Positions 48,779 through 59,105 of a stretch of 64,000 nucleotides of DNA are shown one piece after another. Origin of the DNA: Candidatus Caldarchaeum sp. (GTDB lineage: Archaea; Thermoproteota; Nitrososphaeria_A; Caldarchaeales; Caldarchaeaceae); assembly GCA_038885755.1 (NCBI GenBank), contig JAVZZH010000003.1, positions 96,001-160,000 on the forward strand, in the 5' to 3' direction. How positions within the stretch are numbered: the stretch's first letter is position 1; the number at the start of each line of letters is the position of its first letter. A program made the position numbers and the translations under genes. Under the pieces are notes generated by a model. It had not been told where the DNA came from, made no database searches, and was given only the letters and a program-made list of their open reading frames with translations.

Positions 48779-49651
48779 GTGATTTCCCCGTACAGGGAAG
48801 CGTCCGAAGAGGACTTGGCCAAGGCGTGTCTTCCGAGACGGGTGTCGTCTAGGAAAGGCGAGAACGGCGTTGTACTCGTGGTTGGTGGGAGCTGGCTTTA
48901 CCACGGAGCTCCATACCTTGCAGCCATCGCTGCCATGCGCACGGGCGTCGACCTCGTCTACGTAGCGGTCCCCGAGAAAATAGCCACAGCCATCCGCGCG
49001 ATGTCGCCGTCCCTCATAGTTTTCCCGCTTCCCGACTCAAAGCTTACAGCCCGGAGCATAGACAGGTTGGGCAAAGCTCTGGACGACGCAACCGCTGCAG
49101 CTGTGGGTCCGGGGTTGGCGAGGGGCAGTGAGAAAGGGTTGCTGAAGCTCGTCGGACACCTGTCCGAGACCGGCATCCCCATGGTCCTCGACGCCACCGC
49201 ACTATTCGCCGAAGTACTCCTGCGTGTTTCTGGAAGAAAGTGCGTGCTGACCCCTCACGCAGGCGAGTTCAGAAGGCTTTACGGCTCTGACCCCGGGTCG
49301 GAAGTGGAGCAGAGAGTTGACAGAGTGCTCGAGGTCAGCAGGCTGCACAAGGTGGTGACGATTCTGAAGGGCCCTGTGGATGTTGTTTCGGACGGTGTCG
49401 AAGCCGTCGTCAACCGGAAACCAGCCATAGCTGCAGCCATGACTGTCGGCGGGACCGGCGACGTATTGACAGGAATTGTCGCCGGCTTCTTGGCGAAGAA
49501 AGTTCCCGAGATGAACGCCGCAGTGGCGGGTGTTTACGCCAACGGCCTCGCAGGCGTTGCCGCTGCGCAGAGGAAAGGCCTCCACATAACTCCGGAGGAT
49601 GTTTTGGAGGAGATTCCGCTTGTTTTGAAGAAATACGACCATGTTGTCTGA
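48779..49651 (+). CDS. nnrD: ADP-dependent NAD(P)H-hydrate dehydratase
   Basis: KGENG.VLVVGGS..Y.GAP, GPGL, LDA, LTPHAGEF, LKG, GGTGDVLTG. Confidence 0.93.
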   Translation: MISPYREASEEDLAKACLPRRVSSRKGENGVVLVVGGSWLYHGAPYLAAIAAMRTGVDLVYVAVPEKIATAIRAMSPSLIVFPLPDSKLTARSIDRLGKALDDATAAAVGPGLARGSEKGLLKLVGHLSETGIPMVLDATALFAEVLLRVSGRKCVLTPHAGEFRRLYGSDPGSEVEQRVDRVLEVSRLHKVVTILKGPVDVVSDGVEAVVNRKPAIAAAMTVGGTGDVLTGIVAGFLAKKVPEMNAAVAGVYANGLAGVAAAQRKGLHITPEDVLEEIPLVLKKYDHVV

Positions 49652-49708
49652 CCTCTAGAACGTGCATAAAGTTTTTCACAGACTAAAACCTTCTGTAGAC
49701 GTGCCGGG

Positions 49709-50926
49709 ATGACCGTCCGAATAGGGTTAATCGGTAAAACCAACACGGGCAAGACCACTTTCTTCAACGCAGCCACCCTCCAGTACGCCGAAGTCTCCTC
49801 CTATCCTTTCACCACGAAACAGCCGAACTACGGAACAACCTACGCGATAACTCCCTGCGTCTGCAGAGAGTTCAACGTCAAAGACAACCCGCGCAACTCT
49901 CTGTGCGTAGAGGGGTACAGACACATCCCGGTCGAGCTCATCGACCTTCCCGGTCTGATCAAGGGCGCTTGGGCCGGTAAGGGGTTGGGCAACCAGTTTC
50001 TCTCGGTCGCGTCTCAAGCCGACGCCCTCATCCACGTCATAGATGCTTCGGGCAGCGTTGACGAAGAGGGCCGCATCACCAAGATGGGCGTGGGCAACCC
50101 GCTCGCCGACTTCTACGACATTCAGGAGGAGCTGGTGATGTGGTTGATGCGGCTCATCGACAGGCAGGAGGACAAGATTCTGCGGAGCCTGAAGTCTGGA
50201 AAGGCGCTTCCCGAAGCCATGGCGGACGTCCTCCACGGCATCAAGATAACCAGTGCTCACGTGTCCACGGCTCTGAAGAGCTCCGGACTCCAAGACAAGG
50301 ATTTCGAAAGCTGGACGATGATCGAGGACAAGAAATTCGCCGAGAGATTGCTGGAGGTGTCCAAGCCGATGATAGTGCTTGCTAACAAGATGGACTTGGA
50401 GACCGCTTCATCGAACTTCGAGGTCCTGCGTGAAAGCCTCACGAACTACATGGTTATTCCGGCGAGCGCAGAGGCGGAGCTTGCCCTCCGCAGAGCCGTT
50501 CAGAAAGGCTTCATCAAGTACATCCCCGGGCAGGAGGATTTCGACATAGTAAAGCCTGAGATGCTGACAGACGAGCAGAAGAAGGCGCTTGAGTTCATAG
50601 AGTCTAGGGTTCTGGGCGAGTACATGCGGACGGGTGTACAGTTCGCCATAAACGTGGCGGTGTTCAAGCTTCTCGGCATGGGTGTGGTGTACCCTGTCTC
50701 CGACGCTGCCAAGCTCTCAGACAAGTCCGGCAACGTTCTTCCAGACGCCTACCTCATGCCTCCCAACTCAACGGTCAGAGACCTCGCCAGAAGCATCCAC
50801 TCAGAGCTCGAGAAGGGCCTTCTCTACGCGGTAGACGTCAGAACCGGTCTTCGTCTGCCCGGAGACTACAGGCTGAAGGACCGCGACGTGCTGTCGATCG
50901 TTTCAGCTCTCCGCAGAGCTGGCTAG
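49709..50926 (+). CDS. ychF: Obg-family YchF/YGR210-like ATPase with TGS domain
   Basis: GKTNTGKTT, YPFTT, DLPGL, GLGNQFL, NKMD, LPDA..IHSEL. Confidence 0.9.
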   Translation: MTVRIGLIGKTNTGKTTFFNAATLQYAEVSSYPFTTKQPNYGTTYAITPCVCREFNVKDNPRNSLCVEGYRHIPVELIDLPGLIKGAWAGKGLGNQFLSVASQADALIHVIDASGSVDEEGRITKMGVGNPLADFYDIQEELVMWLMRLIDRQEDKILRSLKSGKALPEAMADVLHGIKITSAHVSTALKSSGLQDKDFESWTMIEDKKFAERLLEVSKPMIVLANKMDLETASSNFEVLRESLTNYMVIPASAEAELALRRAVQKGFIKYIPGQEDFDIVKPEMLTDEQKKALEFIESRVLGEYMRTGVQFAINVAVFKLLGMGVVYPVSDAAKLSDKSGNVLPDAYLMPPNSTVRDLARSIHSELEKGLLYAVDVRTGLRLPGDYRLKDRDVLSIVSALRRAG

Positions 50927-51459
50927 ACGGGCTCGAGATAGTAGGTGAAGAATCCTTCCGGCTCTCTCCTTTTGACCACGAGCCTCACAGGCATGCCTAT
51001 TTTCAGCGTCTTCACGTCTTCCACAGCCATCCAGCACAGCAGGTTGAAGCCTTCCTCCAGCCTCGCGATTGCCACCACGTAGTCGGGGTAGTGGAGGTAG
51101 CTGGCAGGCTTGACGTTGATCACGGTGTATGTTAATAGTTGGCCCTTCCCGGACAACTCAACCCATTCCAAGTTCTCGTCCATGCATGCGGGACAGTCGG
51201 CTTGAGGTGGGAAGTAGTAGACATTGTTGACCGGGCAGCGTGTTGCGTAGATTTTCCCCTCCCGCAGACCGTCGAAGAACCTCTTGATCCGTGCTATCGG
51301 CAGAAGATATTTGAGCCGGAGCTCTCTCACGTCAACCCATAGAGGGTCTCCTGTCTTCTCGTCAGGAACGACTGGAAGCCCTTCACTGCGTGTAATCTGC
51401 TCAACGGTCTCAAGCCACGCCTTAACCATCTGGTCGACCGCCTCCTTCGAAAGGCTCAT
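50923..51459 (-). CDS. DUF35 Zn-ribbon/OB-fold thiolase partner
   Basis: TRCP....YFPPQADCPAC; adjacent to the thiolase. Confidence 0.9.
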   Translation of the reverse strand: MSLSKEAVDQMVKAWLETVEQITRSEGLPVVPDEKTGDPLWVDVRELRLKYLLPIARIKRFFDGLREGKIYATRCPVNNVYYFPPQADCPACMDENLEWVELSGKGQLLTYTVINVKPASYLHYPDYVVAIARLEEGFNLLCWMAVEDVKTLKIGMPVRLVVKRREPEGFFTYYLEPV

Positions 51460-51463
51460 CGAA

Positions 51464-52648
51464 TCACCCGTTCTTCTTCAGCGAGAAGACGGAGACGTAG
51501 GCGTAATGTCCTGTTCCGCCGACGTTGTGGGCGAGACCAACACCGTTAACCACGTCCGCCTGCCTCGCCCCTCCAACCTGCTGGCGGAGCTGCTTGGTTA
51601 TCTCAGCAGCCATGCTTATGCCCGTAGCTCCTATGGGATGGCCCTTCGCCTTGAGCCCGCCATCCAGATTAACGGCGATCAAACCGCCCTTGTAGGTCTC
51701 CCCCTCCCGTGCGAGAAGATAGCCTCCGCCGCGTTGGGCGAAGCCGAGGTCTTCGTAGGCAAGGATCTCCGCTATCGTGAAACAGTCATGCACCTCCGCG
51801 ACGTCTATCTGCTTGTGAGGCCTGGAAGGGTCGATTCCCGATTTTTTGTAGGCTTGAGCTGCCGCGTCCCGGGCTGCTCTGAGGCCTAGGAAGTGGGGTC
51901 GTTTGCTCAGGTTGGAGGTGTCTGAACCATAGCCTATCCCCCTTATCCACACAGGTGTGTCTGTGAGCTTTCGAGCTGCTTCAGCCGATGCCAACACCAC
52001 TGCAGCCGCCCCGTCCGTTATGGGGCTGCAGTCGTAAAGCTTCAACGGCCATGCAACATACTTGCTTTTCATCACATCCTCGACAGTTATCTTCTTCCTG
52101 AAAGAAGCTATCTCGTTGAATGAAGCGTAGTAGTGGTTTTTCACTGCCACGGCCGCCAAGTCCTCCTCCCTCGCCCCGTATTCGTTCATGTAAGCTGTTG
52201 CGTACAAGGCGTAGTATCCGGGGAACGTAAGGCCGAACTGGCTGAACTCCCAGAAGTAGTTTCCAGCCCTGCCTATCAACTCGACAGCCATCGGCGTGGG
52301 CACTTCGTTCATCTTCTCCACCCCCACGGCTAGGGCGATGTCTGCGTTCCCTGAGGCGACCATGCTGTGAGCCGTCGCAAGGGCCGCTGAGCCCGACGCG
52401 CATGCTGCCTCGATGCGGTACGTCCCGACGCCTGAAAGGCCTGAATACTCGTTTACAGCGATCGCCGGTAGGGGCTCGGCGCTCCATCCGCCGACGTTGG
52501 AGAACGAAACCATCTGAACGTCTTTCTGTGTTATGCCTGCGTCCTGCAGCGCCTTCTTGACCGCCTGCCACGCCAGCTCGGCGAGTGTCATGTCGGTGAT
52601 GCGCCCGAACCTTGACTGGCCGACGCCGACTATCGCTACATCTCTCAC
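51464..52648 (-). CDS. Thiolase (acetyl-CoA acetyltransferase, SCP-x type)
   Basis: EAACASG, GVEKM, KNH, DGAAA, EVHDCF, GHPIGATG, HNVGG. Confidence 0.95.
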   Translation of the reverse strand: MRDVAIVGVGQSRFGRITDMTLAELAWQAVKKALQDAGITQKDVQMVSFSNVGGWSAEPLPAIAVNEYSGLSGVGTYRIEAACASGSAALATAHSMVASGNADIALAVGVEKMNEVPTPMAVELIGRAGNYFWEFSQFGLTFPGYYALYATAYMNEYGAREEDLAAVAVKNHYYASFNEIASFRKKITVEDVMKSKYVAWPLKLYDCSPITDGAAAVVLASAEAARKLTDTPVWIRGIGYGSDTSNLSKRPHFLGLRAARDAAAQAYKKSGIDPSRPHKQIDVAEVHDCFTIAEILAYEDLGFAQRGGGYLLAREGETYKGGLIAVNLDGGLKAKGHPIGATGISMAAEITKQLRQQVGGARQADVVNGVGLAHNVGGTGHYAYVSVFSLKKNG

Positions 52649-52710
52649 AGCAGTACAAGTTTATCATGCACTTATTATGGATACTTATCGGTTGAGGGGT
52701 ATACGATGGA

Positions 52711-55176
52711 ATGGTGAGGAGTTCGGCGATTGTGGTATTCGACCTCGACGGAACTCTGACGGAGTTCAAGCTAGAATTAGCCACGGCACGTAGAAAAATA
52801 GCGGAGACGGCGAAAGGCTACGGCCTCGAGATGCGTGATAGAGAATCGATTCAGGAACTCCTCGAAAAAGCCAGCCAGACTCTCTCACCCGAACAGCTGG
52901 AAACGCTGAAGCAGCAAGTGATGAGCTTGATGGCTGAGAGCGAGATGAAAGCAGCTGGCGAGGCTGCGGCTAGGAGAGACATTCCCGAGGTGCTGGAGAA
53001 GCTGAGGAGAGCTGGGTTCAGGCTGGCTGTCGCAACTAACACAAACGAGAAGGCTGCCGCCGAGACGTTGGCAAGGACAGGCCTTGCAGAGTTCTTCGAA
53101 ACAGTCGTCACAAGGAACGACGTTGAGAGGATGAAGCCACGGCCTGACGTCTTGCTTGAAGTTGCTAGGAGGATGCAGGTTCCTCCCTCCGAGCTTGTTT
53201 ACGTCGGGGACAGCGTCAACGACTACAGGGCCGCCGTCGAGGCTGGGGCCCGTTTCATAGGACTTGACGGGGGCGTACACAGCAGTGAAGAGCTGAAGGC
53301 CGCCGGAGTCAGGGATGTGGCCTCCAACCCCGCCGAGCTTCTCAACCATCTAGGCGTAGAGAACAGACCGAAGCTTGTCGTCCCAGACACGTCGGTAATA
53401 ATAAACGGGACGATAACCCAGCTTGTTGAAAAAGGCGAGCTCGACAACTCAGAGCTGGTTATCCCGGTCGCTGTCATAGACGAACTCCAAGCACAGGCCT
53501 CCCAGAAGAGGGAGCCGGGCTTCATCGGGTTGAACGAGCTGAAGAAGATTAGGGCTTCCGCAGAGCAGTACGGCTTGAGCATCAGGTTTTCAGGGGAGAG
53601 GCCTAGCTTGGACGACATCAGGCTCGCTAGGAAGGGGAGGATAGATGCTCTGATCAGGGAGGTGGCCGGTAAGGAGGGAGGTGTTCTCTACACTTCGGAC
53701 TACGTCCAAGCCCTGGTGGCTGAAACCGAGGGCGTGGCCGTCCGCTACTTCCCGCCCAGCGAGCTGCCGTCCATCATGTCCTTTGAGCAGCACTTCACGG
53801 ACGAAACTCTCAGCCTCCACTACAAGGAGGGGGCGCCGCTGATGGCCAAGAGAGGAAAGCCCGGCAACTTCCAGCTCGTCAGGCTTGGCGAAAAACCGCT
53901 CGACGCAGCTGAGCTCAACAACCTCATCAGAGAGATAACCGAGCACGCTAGGCTGAGGCCTGATGGAAGCATCGAGATAGTGAGGAGCGGGGCCTTCGTC
54001 GCACAGATAGGCAACTACCGGATCGCTGTGGCGAGGCCTCCTTTCAGCGACGGGCTGGAGGTCACGATCGTGAGGCCGATAGTCAAGCTGAGGCTCGACG
54101 ACTACAGGCTTCCGCAGAAGCTGATGGAGAGGTTTGAGAAGAGCGCCGAAGGAATCTTAATCGCAGGACCGCCTGGGAGCGGGAAGTCGACCTTCGCCGC
54201 AAGCCTAGCCGAGTTCTACGGTTCGAGAGGCAAGATAGTCAAGACGCTCGAATCCCCCAGAGACCTCCAAGTAGGGCCTGAGATAACCCAGTACGGGCCT
54301 CTGGAGGGTGATTTTGAGAAGACGGCTGAAATACTGCTGCTCGTCAGGCCTGACTACACGGTTTATGACGAGATAAGGAAGAACAAGGATTTCATGATAT
54401 TCAGCGACATGAGGCTGGCAGGGGTTGGAATGATTGGCGTGGTTCACTCGAGCAACGCCGTCGGCGCCATCCAGCGGTTCATAGGCAGGGTTGAGCTGGG
54501 GATGATACCCCACATAATCGACACGGTGGTGTTCCTCGAAGCCGGACGCGTGTCTAAGGTCTACACGCTTTCGCTCGTAGTTAGAGTTCCGACAGGCATG
54601 ACGGAGTCCGACCTAGCGCGGCCGCTTGTCGAGGTGAGGGATTTTCTCAACGACAGACTGGAGTATGAAATATACACCTACGGAGAGGAAAACGTGATCA
54701 TCCCCGTCGGAAAGGTTTCGGAGGATTTGAGGCAGGAATATCAGGAGCTGGAGCAGAGGATTAAGAAGGCGCTATCGAGGTTCGACGAAGAGGTTGAGGT
54801 GAGGATTGTCGGTAGGAACAAAGCCGTCGTGCGTGTTGACAGGGCTGTCATGCCGAAGCTGATTGGCCGTAAGGGTGAGAATATAAAAAGGCTGGAGGAG
54901 GAGCTGGGGGTCTCGCTCGACGTTGAGCCGAAGATAACAAGCTTGGGAAGCGAGCTGGCCTGCGAAGTGCGTGAGAGCGGCAACACCATACGGGTGGAGG
55001 TCGGCGAGGATAACGCAGGCAGAAAAGTCAACGTATACGCAGGAGACACATACCTCTTCTCAGCCACCGTCGGGAGGAAAGGCGTCATAGCTGTCAGAAA
55101 GAACTCCGAGAACGGCAGGTCGTTGGTGAAGGCGCTCCTAGCCGGCGAATCCATACGAGTGATTAAAACGGACTGA
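52711..55176 (+). CDS. HAD phosphatase fused to a PINA-type PIN/ATPase/KH protein
   Basis: FDLDGT, TN, KPRP, VGDSVND (HAD motifs I-IV); then VPDTS (PIN), GPPGSGKST, ESPRDL, YDEIR, LIGRKG (KH). Single frame. Confidence 0.9.
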   Translation: MVRSSAIVVFDLDGTLTEFKLELATARRKIAETAKGYGLEMRDRESIQELLEKASQTLSPEQLETLKQQVMSLMAESEMKAAGEAAARRDIPEVLEKLRRAGFRLAVATNTNEKAAAETLARTGLAEFFETVVTRNDVERMKPRPDVLLEVARRMQVPPSELVYVGDSVNDYRAAVEAGARFIGLDGGVHSSEELKAAGVRDVASNPAELLNHLGVENRPKLVVPDTSVIINGTITQLVEKGELDNSELVIPVAVIDELQAQASQKREPGFIGLNELKKIRASAEQYGLSIRFSGERPSLDDIRLARKGRIDALIREVAGKEGGVLYTSDYVQALVAETEGVAVRYFPPSELPSIMSFEQHFTDETLSLHYKEGAPLMAKRGKPGNFQLVRLGEKPLDAAELNNLIREITEHARLRPDGSIEIVRSGAFVAQIGNYRIAVARPPFSDGLEVTIVRPIVKLRLDDYRLPQKLMERFEKSAEGILIAGPPGSGKSTFAASLAEFYGSRGKIVKTLESPRDLQVGPEITQYGPLEGDFEKTAEILLLVRPDYTVYDEIRKNKDFMIFSDMRLAGVGMIGVVHSSNAVGAIQRFIGRVELGMIPHIIDTVVFLEAGRVSKVYTLSLVVRVPTGMTESDLARPLVEVRDFLNDRLEYEIYTYGEENVIIPVGKVSEDLRQEYQELEQRIKKALSRFDEEVEVRIVGRNKAVVRVDRAVMPKLIGRKGENIKRLEEELGVSLDVEPKITSLGSELACEVRESGNTIRVEVGEDNAGRKVNVYAGDTYLFSATVGRKGVIAVRKNSENGRSLVKALLAGESIRVIKTD

Positions 55177-55181
55177 AAACC

Positions 55182-55427
55182 TCACTGCTTCAGCTTACAG
55201 TAAGGGCATATGCCTGCATCAGCAGGTATCATCTCGTAGCAGTACCAGCAGAATTTCTTACCTTTCTCAGGCTCAACAGAGGGTGGGGGAGCGATGAAGA
55301 ACCCCAGCACGGTCATGATAAGCCCTGAGAATATGAAGATGTAGGAGAAAGGCAGGCCGGCTATTGCTAGGAAGACCCCGAACAAAAACACTATCCCGCC
55401 TGAGAAGAGGAGAGGCGAGCGTTTCAA
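55182..55427 (-). CDS. Small 2-TM protein with a C-terminal zinc ribbon
   Basis: Two hydrophobic helices, CWYC-x10-CPYC. Confidence 0.75.
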   Translation of the reverse strand: MKRSPLLFSGGIVFLFGVFLAIAGLPFSYIFIFSGLIMTVLGFFIAPPPSVEPEKGKKFCWYCYEMIPADAGICPYCKLKQ

Positions 55428-55672
55428 GCTCTCATCCTTCTCTCCAGACCAGCGCAGTGGACGACTCCCCTAACTCTCCTGATGTGGCTTACGCAGACAA
55501 AGCAGCTGAGGAAAGGCACCTGAGCACCTGCCACCGGGCAGTCAACATACTCCTTCTTCATCCGGGCCAGCATCTTCCCCTTGACAACCCCCTTAACCGT
55601 TTCCAGAACATCCGCATCAGCCTTCAACGCCTTTTCAGCAGTCTTGACCTCGACGTAGAATTTGGTCTCCAA
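55424..55672 (-). CDS. Small Cys-rich hypothetical protein
   Basis: VDCPV..FLSCFVC..RRVRG.VHC; coupled to the next gene by overlap. Confidence 0.7.
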   Translation of the reverse strand: METKFYVEVKTAEKALKADADVLETVKGVVKGKMLARMKKEYVDCPVAGAQVPFLSCFVCVSHIRRVRGVVHCAGLERRMRA

Positions 55673-55733
55673 ACCGTCAAAAGCTGGAGCAGGCCTAAAT
55701 ATAAGCCGGAGCTCGTCTGTTGAAAAACGGGTG

Positions 55734-57113
55734 ATGTCTGTAGATTACCTGGCCGCTAAATTAAGGGACGGAGAGATAACCTGCAGAGAGGTCGTGGCAT
55801 CCTGCTTGGAGATGCTGGCCGGGAGGAATGCTTCGCTGAATGCGTTCGTGAAAGTTCTTCACGAGGAGGCTCTGAGGGAGGCTTCCAAGGCCGACGAGGA
55901 TCTGAGGGCGGGCAGGTACAGAGGGCCTTTGCACGGCATACCTGTCTCGGTCAAAGACGTCTTCCACGTCAGGAACGTGGCATGCACGGCTGGGTCGAGA
56001 CTCCTAGCTGACAACATTCAGGCACGGGACTCGACGGTGGTAAGGAGGCTGAGGGAGGCTGGGGCGATAATCGTGGGGACGAACAACCTAGACGAGTTCT
56101 CGCTAGGGGTTGCGGGCCTGAACCCTTTCTACGGCCCCGTCAGGAACCCTTGGAACCCGGAATACTTGGCCGGAGGGTCGAGCGGCGGCTCGGCGGCTGC
56201 TGTGGCTGCGGGGCTTGTCGCCGTGGCTATCGGAACCGACGCGGACGGGTCTGTCAGAATTCCCTCGTCTTTCTGCGGAGCGGTCGGCTTCAAGCCGAGC
56301 TACGGTCGGGTAAGCATGAACGGCGTACTACCGGTTTGCCGAAGCCTCGAAGCGGTGGGGATAATCGCCTCCACCGTGAGAGACGTCGCCATCGTCCTCA
56401 AACATGTCGCTGGATACGACCCGGAGGACGATTCAACAGTCTACGCAGAGGTCGAAGACTACACCGCACTGCTCAGCCATGACGTGGATGGGGATAAACT
56501 GTGTATGCCTGAGGAGGTTGGTGGATGCAGCCGTGACGTCGTGGCCAAGTTCATGGACTTCGTCAGGGTTCTCGAGAAAGTCGGGGTCGTCGTGGAGGCT
56601 GTGAAGCTCAAGCATTCAGACTATTTCGATTTATTCAGCCCTTTGATGTTCGGAGAGGCTGCGGCCATACATGATGAATGGTTCACGGTCAACTCGGATA
56701 GGTACGGTGAATCGGCTAGGATGGCGGTGGAGTATGGTCGCCGTGTCTCGGCGGTTGAGTATCTGAAGGCATGGGATGGGGTTCGGAGTTTGAAGAGAGA
56801 GTTCCACAAACTACTGGAACAGTACCACGGCGTCGTCTGCCCAACCACTCCCACGCCGGCGGTCAAGCCGGCAGATCTGGAGACAAAAAGCCTCGACACC
56901 TACAGGAAGCTGGCATCCTACACGATTCTATACAACTTGACCGAGCTGCCGGTCATATCGATACCTGTCGGCCTGTCATCTCAGGGACTTCCCGTCGGAG
57001 TCCAGATAGCTGGCCGGTTTTTTGACGAATCTAGAGTTCTGAGGATAGCTCATCAAGCCATGAAGAGGGTCGGTTTTACTCCGAAAGCTAGCCCTGCTTC
57101 TTTCCCCGGTTGA
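55734..57113 (+). CDS. Amidase-signature family enzyme
   Basis: GPLHGIPVSVKD, GGSSGGS, GTDADGSVRIP, GFKPSYG, GLPVGVQ. Confidence 0.92.
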   Translation: MSVDYLAAKLRDGEITCREVVASCLEMLAGRNASLNAFVKVLHEEALREASKADEDLRAGRYRGPLHGIPVSVKDVFHVRNVACTAGSRLLADNIQARDSTVVRRLREAGAIIVGTNNLDEFSLGVAGLNPFYGPVRNPWNPEYLAGGSSGGSAAAVAAGLVAVAIGTDADGSVRIPSSFCGAVGFKPSYGRVSMNGVLPVCRSLEAVGIIASTVRDVAIVLKHVAGYDPEDDSTVYAEVEDYTALLSHDVDGDKLCMPEEVGGCSRDVVAKFMDFVRVLEKVGVVVEAVKLKHSDYFDLFSPLMFGEAAAIHDEWFTVNSDRYGESARMAVEYGRRVSAVEYLKAWDGVRSLKREFHKLLEQYHGVVCPTTPTPAVKPADLETKSLDTYRKLASYTILYNLTELPVISIPVGLSSQGLPVGVQIAGRFFDESRVLRIAHQAMKRVGFTPKASPASFPG

Positions 57114-57747
57114 AATTCATCAAGACGCCGAGGTTCTTGAAAACACCTCTCCAGCCCGACTCCCTCACAATCTTGAGGGCCAGCTCCCAGTCGACGCGCA
57201 GGAGTATCACCGTTATCACCGTCATGGCTGCTATGGCGAAGATGACGGAGATTAGGCTTGACTCGCCCAGAAAGATCGCTGTGTAGTGGAAGTAGGTTCT
57301 GCCGAGGTAGGCCACGGCTGTGGCGAGGAGGATCTTTCCAAGAGTGTTGGCTATCAGAAACCTTGCGAAGCTTAGCTTAATCATCCCCGCCGGTATGATG
57401 TAGACGTCGTCGGGCAGCGGAGTCAGAGCGAACACAAACACGCCCACGTCGCCGTACTTTCCGATGATCTCCCTCAACGCATCCATCCTGTTCTTGCTAC
57501 CCTGTCCGAGGAACCGGTAGCCGAGCCTGCCCAGTGTGTAGGAGGTTATCTTGCCCAGAGAACCGCCCACGCCGGCGACCAACCCCAGTATCAACGGGTC
57601 GATGGTTTCGCTCAGCAAAACAACCACGAACAAGTAGGGGACTGGGAGAAAGGGTATCAGGCTTCCTAGAACAGAGACGGCGAAGACGCCGGCGGGGCCG
57701 TATGTGAGAGCCAGCTCGTTTAACCAGTTCAACCCGTCCCGAGGCAT
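57088..57747 (-). CDS. VTT/DedA (SNARE-associated) membrane protein
   Basis: PFLPVPY, GG.LG...Y.LGR, FALTPLPDD, GK. Confidence 0.85.
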   Translation of the reverse strand: MPRDGLNWLNELALTYGPAGVFAVSVLGSLIPFLPVPYLFVVVLLSETIDPLILGLVAGVGGSLGKITSYTLGRLGYRFLGQGSKNRMDALREIIGKYGDVGVFVFALTPLPDDVYIIPAGMIKLSFARFLIANTLGKILLATAVAYLGRTYFHYTAIFLGESSLISVIFAIAAMTVITVILLRVDWELALKIVRESGWRGVFKNLGVLMNFNRGKKQG

Positions 57748-59105
57748 GAAATCTCCTCGGTTATTAAACGCTCCCCAAGCTTCCGCAGCTCCTCAAGCCT
57801 GCCGACCGTAGTAGCCTCGGCGCTCATCTTAACTTGGGGCATCGTGTTCGAGGCTCTTACGAGAATCCACCCGTCCTCGGCATACGCCTTCACCCCGTCC
57901 AGCCTGCTTGTTCTGAAGCCCATGCTTTCAAGCCGTGAACTAATCCTCTCGACTACCCTAAACTTGTGTTCGTCGGGGCAGTCGAAGACGATTATAGGGG
58001 TGGCTGGGTAGGAGGGGATTTCGTCGACGTGGGCTGAGAGAGGTTTTCGGCTCGTGTGTAGAAGCTCAGCCATCTTGAGGGCTGCGTAGACGGCGTCGTC
58101 GTCGCCGTCCAGCTCTCCGAAGTAGATGTGGTTGCTCTTCTCACCCCCAAGCACGGCTCCCAGCTCCTTGACCTTCCTCTGGATGAAAGCCCTGCCGACC
58201 TTCCACTCAACGGGAATGAACCCGAGCCTCTCAGCCACGTGTCTTAGAGCCGTTGAGGAGTTCACGTCGTAGACTACGTAGCCCTTGAGCCTCATCGTTT
58301 TTAGCAAAACGGCCACCGCCACGTCTCCTGCGAGAACCCTTCCAGCGTCGTCGACGAAAACAGCTCTGTCGGCGTCGCCGTCGAATGAGACCCCCATGTC
58401 GAAACCCTTGTCCACGACGAGTTTTCTCAGGGGTTCGATGTTCTTCTCAGTCGGCTCCGGCTCATGGCTTCTGAACAAGCCGTCCGGATTGTTGTTCAAA
58501 GCCACGTAATCTATTCCGAGGGCTTTTAGGATGTCTGGAAACACAAGCGCCGCTGCCCCGTCGCTCAGGTCAACCGCAACCCTGAGGCCGTCCATTCTCG
58601 GGAATGATTGAATCAAGTGGTCTGAGTAGATTTTTAGGAGGCCTACCCCTGTTATCGTTCCCTTCCTGTCCGAAGCCGGGCCGTAAGCCTCGTTCATCAC
58701 CATGTCGCGTATTGCTTCCATCCCTGCTCCCTCTGAAATTGTCTCGCCGTTGCCGAGGAACATTTTGAAGCCGTTCCATTCCCGGGGATTGTGGCTGGCT
58801 GTTATCATCACTCCACCAAGCGTTTTGAAGTGGCGTGCTCCGAAGTAGCATGATGGCGTGGTGCACATGCCTGCGTCGAGGACGTCGACACCCGAGTCGG
58901 TCAACCCCTCGGTCAAAGCTCTAGCCAGCCTAGGCCCGCTGGTTCTTACGTCTCTGCCCACGATAGTCAACCCTCCAACCCTTTTACCGAAAGCCCTACC
59001 AACCTTGTAGGCGACATCCTCGTCGATGTCTCTGCCGTAAACGCCCCGTATGTCGTAGGCTCTGAAGATGTGCGGCGAAGGCCTCAAAACCCCCATTTCC
59101 TCCAA
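57729..59105 (-). CDS. Phosphomannomutase/phosphoglucomutase
   Basis: FRAYDIRG, TASHNP, DGDADR, GEKSNH, RASNT. Confidence 0.95.
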   Translation of the reverse strand: MEEMGVLRPSPHIFRAYDIRGVYGRDIDEDVAYKVGRAFGKRVGGLTIVGRDVRTSGPRLARALTEGLTDSGVDVLDAGMCTTPSCYFGARHFKTLGGVMITASHNPREWNGFKMFLGNGETISEGAGMEAIRDMVMNEAYGPASDRKGTITGVGLLKIYSDHLIQSFPRMDGLRVAVDLSDGAAALVFPDILKALGIDYVALNNNPDGLFRSHEPEPTEKNIEPLRKLVVDKGFDMGVSFDGDADRAVFVDDAGRVLAGDVAVAVLLKTMRLKGYVVYDVNSSTALRHVAERLGFIPVEWKVGRAFIQRKVKELGAVLGGEKSNHIYFGELDGDDDAVYAALKMAELLHTSRKPLSAHVDEIPSYPATPIIVFDCPDEHKFRVVERISSRLESMGFRTSRLDGVKAYAEDGWILVRASNTMPQVKMSAEATTVGRLEELRKLGERLITEEISCLGTG

